The notes under the pieces are model-generated. The model saw only the letters and a list, made by a program, of their open reading frames with translations, was not told where the DNA came from and did not search any database. DNA of 64,000 bases from Alphaproteobacteria bacterium (GTDB lineage: Bacteria > Pseudomonadota > Alphaproteobacteria > CBDBCS01), in assembly GCA_965203415.1 (NCBI GenBank), contig CBDBCS010000006.1, positions 1,502,531 to 1,566,530 on the forward strand, given 5' to 3'. A program made the position numbers and the translations under genes. Within the stretch, counting starts at the first letter, position 1; the number at the start of each line of letters is the position of its first letter. Shown in pieces: positions 46,699 to 56,017 of the stretch.

Positions 46699-48008
46699 GC
46701 CAGGTGCCCGCCTCGAGGGTCTCTTCCGGGGCCGCCTCCGGGGCCTCGCCGAACCTTCGGAACAGGACGATCTTTTGCCACGATAACCTAGAGGTCCTCC
46801 AGGGCATCAATTCGGCTTGCGTCGACCTGATCTACATGGACCCGCCTTTCAACAAAAAGAAAGTCTTCACCGCGCCGATCGGGAGTAGTGCCGAGGGGGC
46901 CTCTTTCAGCGATATCTTCCGAGAAGAGGACGTCAAAGGCGAGTGGCTCCAGACCCTCAAAGAGGACGAAGACGCCGTCTATGGCTTTTTGATGGGCATC
47001 CGGAACCACGGGAATACGTATAATTTTTGTTATTTGGCCTATATGGCGATCCGGCTCCTGGCGTGTCGGCGCATTTTGAAACCGACTGGGAGTCTCTATT
47101 TGCACTGCGACCCGACCATGTCGCATTATTTGAAAATCCTCTTGGATGGTATCTTCGGCGAACAAAACTTTAGGAATGAACTGATATGGAGCTACCAAAC
47201 CGGGGGCTCAAGCAAAAAATGGTTCGGGAGGAAACACGATACGGTGTTGTTTTACTCTAAAACAGGGGGGTATCACATCGACCTCTATAAGGTGAAAGAG
47301 CCGCGCTCCGAGAAAAGCCTCAAAAGAGCCAAAAATCCAAAAGGCTCGAGGTTTAATCTGGCCGAAAATGAGCTTCGTCTCCCGAACGATGTCTGGCACC
47401 TTCAAGCCTTAAACGCCATGTCTAAAGAGCGCACTGGTTATCCGACTCAAAAGCCTGTGGCGTTGCTGGAGCGCGTACTCCAGGCCAGCTGCCCCGAGGG
47501 CGGTCTGGTTCTGGACCCGTTTTGCGGCTGTGCCACGACCTGCATCGCCGCAGAAAAACTGGGGAGACAATGGGTCGGCATCGACGTCATCTCTAAAACC
47601 TTTGAGCTCGTCAAGAAGCGTCTCCTTGAAGAGGTCGCCGAGTGCAAAGAACTGTTTGACACGGAGAAAGATGTCTTTTTCCGCACAAAACCCCCTATGC
47701 GCACAGACAAAGGCGCAAACGAAAGAGAACAGAAATACGTCTATGTCGTCTCGAACGAGGCCTATGACGGTCTGTATAAAGTCGGCATTGCCTCGGATGT
47801 GAAGCACCGGCTCGGCAGTTATCAGACGAGCGACCCGCATCGGGGGTATCGGCTCGAGTGTGCCCGCCTCACGCCGCATTTCCGGGCGCTCGAGAAGCAC
47901 ATCCACAGGCGTTTTGACGCACGCCACGAATGGGTCAGAGCCAAACTGGACGCCATCCGAGAAGCCCTCGAGACCTATCCCGAGACCTATGAAAACCCCG
48001 ACCCTTGA
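46695..48008 (+). CDS. beta-class N6/N4 DNA methyltransferase fused to a C-terminal T5orf172 (GIY-YIG superfamily) domain
   Basis: Motif IV DLIYMDPPFNKKK precedes YPTQKPVALLERVL and motif I VLDPFCGCATTCIAAEKLGRQWVGID. The C-terminal part is KYVYVVSNEAYDGLYKVGIASDVKHRLGSYQTS...LEKHIHRRFDARHEWV. The ATG overlaps the nnr stop as ATGA. Confidence 0.8.
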   Translation: MSQVPASRVSSGAASGASPNLRNRTIFCHDNLEVLQGINSACVDLIYMDPPFNKKKVFTAPIGSSAEGASFSDIFREEDVKGEWLQTLKEDEDAVYGFLMGIRNHGNTYNFCYLAYMAIRLLACRRILKPTGSLYLHCDPTMSHYLKILLDGIFGEQNFRNELIWSYQTGGSSKKWFGRKHDTVLFYSKTGGYHIDLYKVKEPRSEKSLKRAKNPKGSRFNLAENELRLPNDVWHLQALNAMSKERTGYPTQKPVALLERVLQASCPEGGLVLDPFCGCATTCIAAEKLGRQWVGIDVISKTFELVKKRLLEEVAECKELFDTEKDVFFRTKPPMRTDKGANEREQKYVYVVSNEAYDGLYKVGIASDVKHRLGSYQTSDPHRGYRLECARLTPHFRALEKHIHRRFDARHEWVRAKLDAIREALETYPETYENPDP

Positions 48009-48182
48009 GACGACCTCGATGCAGAGCCGCGTCGAATCCCGCCTCCCCCCCATAGGAGGCATGGGGCTCTCGGGGTTTCGGCAGAGGGACCTTTTCTCTT
48101 TTTTTCTGTTCCTGTTTTGGTTTTTTTCGGGCTCTCGTCTAGTTTTCTTGGGCCTCCGGCCTATAGGCATGAGGATTGCCAA

Positions 48183-48211
48183 TTGACATGAAGCTCTTTT
48201 TTGTTTAGTTT
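48183..48211 (+). promoter_or_regulatory. candidate sigma70-type promoter for the cytochrome oxidase cluster
   Basis: TTGACA (48183-48188), a 17 bp spacer and TAGTTT (48206-48211) sit in a locally AT-rich patch upstream of the cox subunit II gene. Confidence 0.3.
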
Positions 48212-48423
48212 CACTTTAAGTTCACCTTCGCCCCTGATTCATCCCTGGTTCATCCCTGGCGGTTTTGGTGACGCTTCTGGCGGGGAGGGCTGGCATGGGG
48301 CCTGGCATGAAGGTAGGCCGATGTTGTGTTTCGGGAGTTTTGTTGCAGGGTCTTGATGAAATGAATGACAAAGTGAATTGCGGGGGTAATCCCAAAGAAA
48401 TCCCCACAGAAATCATAGAGCGG

Positions 48424-49416
48424 ATGCAGCGGGCAGTTTTTCCCGGAGGAGGCCGCTCTTTCGGGCGTGTTTTCAGGAAAATCGCGAATTTCAGGCAACG
48501 CCCGGCGGGGTCCCCGGGGTCTTTGAGGCCAAAAGGCGGACTCTTGCGCTGGCGGCGGGCTTTTTTCGGTCGTTTCGGTCGGCCTCTGTTTTTTTGGCTG
48601 GCGGTTTGGGTTGTTTCGGCAGGGGCCTCGGCCCAGGCTCAGAGTCCCGGAGCCGCCGCCACCCAGACCGGGGCCGCCGACAATTGGCAAATGGGGCTCC
48701 AAACGCCCGTCACGCCCGTGGCCCGAGACATGTATGTTTTCCACAATTCGATTCTCATGCCGGTTGTTGCCTTCGTCTCGCTCCTGGTCCTGTGTCTGTT
48801 GGCCTTTGTCTGCATCCGCTTTTCCGCCAAACGGAACCCCGAGCCCGCCTCTTGGGCTCATAACGTCCGGCTAGAATTGGTGTGGACCTCGATTCCCGCG
48901 CTGACGTTGGTTGTGATTGCCGTTTTTTCCTTTCAGCTCCTCGCGAAGATCGACCGAATCCCAGAGGCAGACATGACGCTCAAAGTGGTCGGCCACCAAT
49001 GGTATTGGAGCTATGAGTACCCAGACCACGGTCAGCTCGCCTTTGACGCCTTTTTAGTGCCAGAGGAGGACCTGAAACCCGGCCAACTCCGTCTGATGAC
49101 GACGGATAACGAGGTCGTCTTGCCCATCAATCAAACGGTGCGGCTGACCCTGACCGCGAGCGATGTCTTGCATAGCTGGGCCGTGCCGTCTCTGGGCGTG
49201 CGGATGGATACCGTCCCCGGCCAACTCAACGAGACCTGGGTCCGAATCGAACACGAGGGCGTCTATTACGGGTTTTGCTCTGAGCTTTGCGGGGCGAATC
49301 ACGCCTATATGCCGATTATGATCCGAGCCGTTTCGCCCGAAGCCTTCGCGGCATGGGTTCTCGAAGCCAGCGAGACGCTTGCCTCAACCGGCGGCGGCGG
49401 CGGCCGTCGGCCCTGA
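48424..49416 (+). CDS. coxB: cytochrome c oxidase subunit II
   Basis: It has two TM helices followed by HQWYWSYEYPD and the CuA site HSWAVPSLGVRMD...CSELCGANHAYM. The start is uncertain (ATG at 48424 or 48361; the ORF is open from 48265). Confidence 0.9.
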   Translation: MQRAVFPGGGRSFGRVFRKIANFRQRPAGSPGSLRPKGGLLRWRRAFFGRFGRPLFFWLAVWVVSAGASAQAQSPGAAATQTGAADNWQMGLQTPVTPVARDMYVFHNSILMPVVAFVSLLVLCLLAFVCIRFSAKRNPEPASWAHNVRLELVWTSIPALTLVVIAVFSFQLLAKIDRIPEADMTLKVVGHQWYWSYEYPDHGQLAFDAFLVPEEDLKPGQLRLMTTDNEVVLPINQTVRLTLTASDVLHSWAVPSLGVRMDTVPGQLNETWVRIEHEGVYYGFCSELCGANHAYMPIMIRAVSPEAFAAWVLEASETLASTGGGGGRRP

Positions 49417-49503
49417 AGCAATATGCGGCTCGTGCGTCCAGCCCTGTCCGGGGATTTCTGAGGATTTCTGAAAGTATTTTTTTTTAACAGAGACTTTTTT
49501 TAA

Positions 49504-51195
<1,692 letters not shown>

Positions 51196-51297
51196 ACCGA
51201 TGCGAGTCCTATGCGGGCAGGACAAGCGGGCTCGTTGGCGCCCGGTTTTCTATCGGCTTGGGTCGTGCCGGCCTGGGCCGTTCCGGCTTGGGCCGTG

Positions 51298-52314
51298 ATG
51301 CCTGTTATGCCTGTTGTGTCTTCCTCTTCTGTTTCCCGTCGTCCCCCGCCGAGGGCTCGGCGGCCCGGCGGGCCGCTGGCGACGGAGGCGGTGGCGGCTC
51401 CGTTTCAACCCAGGCTCCGAGATTATTTCATCATTCTCAAGCCTCGGGTGATGGTTTTGGTTATTTTCACGGCTCTGGTTGGGATGAGTCTGGCTTCTAG
51501 TCTGGGCTCTAATCTGGCCTCGGGCGGGTTTTTTTTAGCCCCGGCGCATCTTATCTCTCTTTTCGCCATTGCGGTTGGCGCGGGGGCTTCTGGCGGTCTC
51601 AATATGTGGTACGAGCGCAGGCTGGACGGTTTGATGCAGCGTACCCAGAGCCGCCCTCTTCCGCAGGGGCGGGTGAGTCCCGAGAGCGTTTTAATTTTCT
51701 CCTCTCTTTTAGCCGGCGGCTCTGTCCTGGTTCTGGGTTTAAACGCGGGCTGGCTTGCGGGGGGGCTTCTCGCCTTCACCATTTTGTTTTATGTTCTTGT
51801 CTACACGGTTTACCTGAAGCCTCTGACGGACCAGAACATTGTTCTGGGGGGGTTAGCTGGAGCGATGCCGCCTCTGATTGGATGGGCGGCGGTCTCGGGT
51901 TTGGATTTGTGGCGTCCGGTTTCGCTGGTTATCTTGATTTTCATGTGGACGCCGCCGCATTTTTGGGCTCTGGCTCTCACGCGTCAGGAGGACTATGCCC
52001 GTGCGAATCTGCCCATGCTGCCGCTCACGCGCGGCGTCCGGACGGCGGCGCGCCATATTTTTGTCTATCTCGTTTTGCTGCTTCCCGTCAGCTTCTTGCC
52101 TTATTTTGCGGGGTTGGGGGGTTTTCTTTATGGGGCGACCTCGGGCGTGTTGGGGTGTGTTTTCGTGTATCTGGGCTGGAAGCTGAAGCGCGCCGTCGAC
52201 CGGGACCTTGCCTGGAGGGCTCCTGCGCTTAGGCTCTTTTTTTTCTCTATTCTTTATTTGTTTGTCCTGTTTCTGGTTCTGGGGTTTGAGTCTCTCTTTT
52301 TTCTTCTGTCATGA
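51298..52314 (+). CDS. ctaB: protoheme IX farnesyltransferase (heme O synthase)
   Basis: LRDYFIILKPRVMVLVIFTALVGM...YERRLDGLMQRTQSRPLPQGR and WTPPHFWALAL are present. I chose the ATG at 51298. The ORF is open from 51211. Confidence 0.9.
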   Translation: MPVMPVVSSSSVSRRPPPRARRPGGPLATEAVAAPFQPRLRDYFIILKPRVMVLVIFTALVGMSLASSLGSNLASGGFFLAPAHLISLFAIAVGAGASGGLNMWYERRLDGLMQRTQSRPLPQGRVSPESVLIFSSLLAGGSVLVLGLNAGWLAGGLLAFTILFYVLVYTVYLKPLTDQNIVLGGLAGAMPPLIGWAAVSGLDLWRPVSLVILIFMWTPPHFWALALTRQEDYARANLPMLPLTRGVRTAARHIFVYLVLLLPVSFLPYFAGLGGFLYGATSGVLGCVFVYLGWKLKRAVDRDLAWRAPALRLFFFSILYLFVLFLVLGFESLFFLLS

Positions 52315-52442
52315 AACGCAATTCCGAACAACGAGCTCTCTATCGTCGTAAAAGGCGCACGAATTATGCGCTTTTAATTCTGCTGGGAGGCACGTGTCTT
52401 TTATTTTTCGTCATGGCTCTTTTTCGTTTCGCCGCAGGGTGA
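52311..52442 (+). CDS. small single-TM protein of the cta cluster (43 aa)
   Basis: I translated it by hand: MKRNSEQRALYRRKRRTNYALLILLGGTCLLFFVMALFRFAAG. The ATG overlaps the ctaB stop as ATGA. It is below the ORF-track length cutoff. A small ORF occupies this position in other alphaproteobacterial cta clusters. Confidence 0.4.
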   Translation: MKRNSEQRALYRRKRRTNYALLILLGGTCLLFFVMALFRFAAG

Positions 52443-52492
52443 TGGGCCAGGAGGATGAAACCGGAGGATGAAACCAGCGTGATAAGTCTGCC

Positions 52493-53188
52493 ATGAAGCC
52501 CTTGGATCTTGTTCGGGATAGGCTCTGGGACCGTGTGGCGAGACCCCAGCGCATGGCTTTGGGGCTTGGGGTTCTCGTGATAGCCATGGTGGGCTTGAGT
52601 TTTGCCTCGGTGCCGCTTTACCAAATTTTCTGTCGTGTGACGGGGTATGGCGGGACGACTCAGACGGCGTCCGTGGCCCCGGGACAGGACGGCGGCCCGA
52701 CGGCGGACCCCCCGCTCGTGTCCGGGGCAGAGCCCGCCGAGCCCATTCGTGTTCGTTTCGATGCGCAGGTGAATGCTCGATTGCCCTGGGCTTTCGAGCC
52801 TCACCAAACCGAGATGACGCTGGCGATGGGTCAGATGGCGACGGCCTATTTTCGCGCGACCAATCTGGACGAGCGGGCTCGGGCTGGGACGGCTTTGTTC
52901 AATTTAACGCCTCAAAAGGCCGCCATTCATTTTTTCAAAATAGAGTGCTTTTGTTTCACAGCTCAAGAACTCCAGCCCGGCGAGACGCTGGATTTCGCGG
53001 TGACCTTCCGGGTAGACCCCGAGCTCGCCACGGACCCCGCCACAGAAGAAGTCCGAACGGTGACCTTGTCCTATCACTTTTTTCCCCTCGATGAGCGGAA
53101 GGAAGACGACCGAGCTGCCCTCGGACTCGGCAGCAGGACGGACGCCGCACAAGACCCGCCGCCCCTCACGAGACCACCCCCGTCATGA
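52493..53188 (+). CDS. ctaG: cytochrome c oxidase assembly protein CtaG/Cox11
   Basis: SFASVPLYQIFCRVTGYGGTTQ and KIECFCFTAQELQPGE are Cox11 signatures. Confidence 0.9.
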   Translation: MKPLDLVRDRLWDRVARPQRMALGLGVLVIAMVGLSFASVPLYQIFCRVTGYGGTTQTASVAPGQDGGPTADPPLVSGAEPAEPIRVRFDAQVNARLPWAFEPHQTEMTLAMGQMATAYFRATNLDERARAGTALFNLTPQKAAIHFFKIECFCFTAQELQPGETLDFAVTFRVDPELATDPATEEVRTVTLSYHFFPLDERKEDDRAALGLGSRTDAAQDPPPLTRPPPS

Positions 53189-53341
53189 CGCATCTTTGAG
53201 TCCATCTTTGGACGCCTTGACAATTTGGGACAATTGGTTTGAATTCTATTTGATATTTGACTGGTTATCCTTCAGAATCATCCGGAATATCATCCAGGCC
53301 CGATTTTTTTCATTCGCCAGACCCAGAGAGACACTATAGCT

Positions 53342-54196
53342 ATGTCCCATCCTACAGCACCTCCAGAGCACGGTTACCATCTTGTCAATCCCAGCCCCTG
53401 GCCGGTTCTTGGGGCCTTGTCGGGGTTTGTGTTTGCCATAGGGCTTCTTCTCGTGATGAAGGCGGATTATTTTTTTGTATCTCGGGCCGATAGTTTCCGA
53501 AATTTAGGTCTCTTGCCGCTTCTCCCTGGCGTGGCCTTGATGGGAGCGACCATGTATTTTTGGTGGCGTGATGTCCTCGTCGAATCGGCGGAGGGCTCTC
53601 ATACACCCATTGTCCAGCTCGGACTGCGGTACGGTATGGTGCTGTTTATCGCCTCGGAGGTGATGTTTTTCGTAGCCTTTTTCTGGGCCTTTTTCGATGC
53701 GTCTCTTTTTCCGGCCGACAGCTTCAGTCGGGTGGAAGCTCTGGGTGGGACGTGGCCGCCTCAAAATATAGAAACCATCCCGGCCTGGGGCCTGCCTTTC
53801 GTCAATACCGTGATTTTGCTTTTGTCAGGAGTGACGGTGACGTGGGCGCATCACGCGATTCTAGAGGATAAGCAAAAGGACTCGGTTGTGGCTCTGGCTC
53901 TCACCGTGGGCCTGGGAGTGTTGTTCACGGCTTTTCAGGCTTACGAGTACTTTCACGCCTCTTTCGGGCTTCAGGACGGCGTTTATGCTTCCACCTTTTA
54001 CCTGGCAACGGGGTTTCACGGGTTTCACGTCCTCGTCGGCACGATTTTCTTGACCGTGTGTCTGGTTCGCGCGACTCAGGGAGCCTTTAAGCCGAACCAG
54101 CACTTCGGCTTCGAGGCCGCCGCATGGTATTGGCATTTTGTGGATGTCGTTTGGCTCTTTCTCTTTTGCTGCGTCTATTGGTGGGGAGGGGCTTAA
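53342..54196 (+). CDS. ctaE: cytochrome c oxidase subunit III
   Basis: HGYHLVNPSPWP, FYLATGFHGFHVLVGT and AAWYWHFVDVVWLFLF are present. Confidence 0.95.
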   Translation: MSHPTAPPEHGYHLVNPSPWPVLGALSGFVFAIGLLLVMKADYFFVSRADSFRNLGLLPLLPGVALMGATMYFWWRDVLVESAEGSHTPIVQLGLRYGMVLFIASEVMFFVAFFWAFFDASLFPADSFSRVEALGGTWPPQNIETIPAWGLPFVNTVILLLSGVTVTWAHHAILEDKQKDSVVALALTVGLGVLFTAFQAYEYFHASFGLQDGVYASTFYLATGFHGFHVLVGTIFLTVCLVRATQGAFKPNQHFGFEAAAWYWHFVDVVWLFLFCCVYWWGGA

Positions 54197-54201
54197 GGCC
54201 C

Positions 54202-55038
54202 GTGGTCGGCTTGAGGCCCCGGTTAATCCGAGCCGTCCCGGCTCTTTTTACGATTGTCGTTTTTTGTATTTTGACGGGCTTGGGGGTCTGGCAACTCCAG
54301 AGGCTCGCTTGGAAAGAAGGCCGCATCTCGACCCTGGAGGAGCGCTCCCGTCAAGCCAGCCTCGTTTATGAGGGTCAGACCCTCACCCGAGCCGAGCACG
54401 AATTTCGTATCCTGACCATCGAGGGACACTGGTGGCCAGACCAGGAGCTCTTCAAAGTCGGCAGGTCTCGACGAGGCGAACCCGGCTTTCACGTTTTTGT
54501 CCCTCTTTTAACCGGACAGGGCCTGTTGGTTCTTCTCAATCGAGGCTTCGTGCCTCCGGAACACAAGGATAGAGCCACACGCCCAGAAGATTTTTCTGGA
54601 GATTTGTCCGGAGACGTTTCCGAAGACTTGTCCTCTGGGGCGGGGGTGCCCGTTCAAGTTTCGGCGATGGTCCGCTTTCCGCCTCCGAGAGAAAGCGTCT
54701 TCACGCCCCCCAATGAGCCCCACAATAATCTTTGGTTTTCGGTGGCTCCGTCTCAAATGGCTCTTTATCTTTCAGAGTCTCCGGCTCTAGAGCCTCCGGC
54801 GGCAGTGGAGTCTTCGTCTTTAGAGACCCGTCTTGTTGCGCCTTTTTACCTGCTTGCGGACGTCAACCCCTATGGGCCCTTGCCAGAGGGAGCTCCGTGG
54901 CGCGTAGAGATCCGGAATTTTCATCTCCAATATGCCTTGACCTGGTTCGGCCTCGCTTTGAGTCTGCTAGGTGTTTATTTTTTTTACAGGCGCAGCCAAA
55001 AACATCCGGAACAACCGGAACATCCGGCACAAAAATAG
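54202..55038 (+). CDS. SURF1 family cytochrome oxidase biogenesis protein
   Basis: It has LTGLGVWQLQRLAWKEGRI and a C-terminal NFHLQYALTWFGLAL. The GTG at 54202 is the first in-frame start after the ctaE stop. The ORF track starts at 54124. Confidence 0.8.
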   Translation: MVGLRPRLIRAVPALFTIVVFCILTGLGVWQLQRLAWKEGRISTLEERSRQASLVYEGQTLTRAEHEFRILTIEGHWWPDQELFKVGRSRRGEPGFHVFVPLLTGQGLLVLLNRGFVPPEHKDRATRPEDFSGDLSGDVSEDLSSGAGVPVQVSAMVRFPPPRESVFTPPNEPHNNLWFSVAPSQMALYLSESPALEPPAAVESSSLETRLVAPFYLLADVNPYGPLPEGAPWRVEIRNFHLQYALTWFGLALSLLGVYFFYRRSQKHPEQPEHPAQK

Positions 55039-55075
55039 GCATGCGCTCTGGAGCCGGTCCGGCCGGTCCGGCTGG

Positions 55076-55753
55076 TCAGACGCCCCACACGGCCCCGCGT
55101 GGGATATAGCCGCTCAGTTCGGTGCCGTGCTCCTGTCGGGCTAGTTTGACGTGGCACCATGCGTGTCCCTCGTGGGTGTCGCAAGCGATAAGCTCTAAGG
55201 CGACGGCCTTATAGAGGACCGCTAAACGCGGGGCGTCAAAGTCCGGCCGCCGAAACAGCGAAATCGAATCGAGAGCCACAACCACCGTCCGTCGAGCTTT
55301 TAACTGACTCTGGTGGATCCACCCTGTGTGACCCTCAAAATCGGTGACGCGGTACCAGTGGTCGATTTTCGCCTCGGCGAGGACAGGCATATGCCGAGCC
55401 CGATAGATGAATTTAATGGGCCGAGATAGCGAAGGCCCACTCCGGACGTGGCTCTTGTCGAATCGAAGTGAAAAAAATCGGGCTTCGAACGGAGTCGACT
55501 GGCTCAGCCCAGAAGAGGCAAAAGCTAGAAAAAGTAAGAGAAGACCGAGAAAAAACGCCGAAAGAGCATGCTTGCCCCGCTTGCCGCTCCCTGTTGGAGC
55601 CGGAGCCGGCCCCACCGCGGCGGCTTTTATGCCGCACATCTTGTGTTTCGGGTGTTTCGGGTGTCTCTGTTTTGGGCTCTCGGAGGCCCTTTCTCCCGAA
55701 CAAGACGCCGAGGCGGCGGTTTGCATCCATAGAAGCTCAGCTTGTTTCTGCAC
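55076..55753 (-). CDS. SH3-like domain-containing secreted protein (DUF1058-like)
   Basis: A signal peptide is followed by two SH3b-like segments (RSGPSLSRPIKFIY...WYRVTDFEGHTGWIHQS and ISLFRRPDFDAPRLAVL...). The start is uncertain. Confidence 0.55.
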   Translation of the reverse strand: MQKQAELLWMQTAASASCSGERASESPKQRHPKHPKHKMCGIKAAAVGPAPAPTGSGKRGKHALSAFFLGLLLLFLAFASSGLSQSTPFEARFFSLRFDKSHVRSGPSLSRPIKFIYRARHMPVLAEAKIDHWYRVTDFEGHTGWIHQSQLKARRTVVVALDSISLFRRPDFDAPRLAVLYKAVALELIACDTHEGHAWCHVKLARQEHGTELSGYIPRGAVWGV

Positions 55754-56017
55754 GACACCCGTATCGGAAGCCTAAAAAAAACTTTTTCTGATGTCGATTT
55801 TAGGCCTTTTTAGGCCTTTTGACACCTTCGGCTTCCTTATTTTTGACCTGGCCCGCGCTTTTTGCGTGTCCGCCCGCCCTCACCCGAGCCGACCAACGAG
55901 ACAGGTTTGTTCCCTTTAGGAGGTGTCTCTCTCCCTTGCTTCGTTCTGCCTGCCGCCGCCGCCCGCGCCGGCGGGGGTGCAAGTCCCCCGGCCTCGGATC
56001 ACCGGATCGTGCGTGTG

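Noticed and set aside
46695-48008. Identifying the methyltransferase as the cell-cycle methylase CcrM
   Set aside because: The motif order is beta-class as in CcrM. However, the sequence between motif IV and YPTQKP (CDPTMSHYLKILLDGIFGEQNFRNELIW...) is Mod-like rather than CcrM-like. Motif IV is DPPF rather than DPPY, and the C-terminal domain is T5orf172-like rather than the CcrM C-terminal DNA-binding domain.
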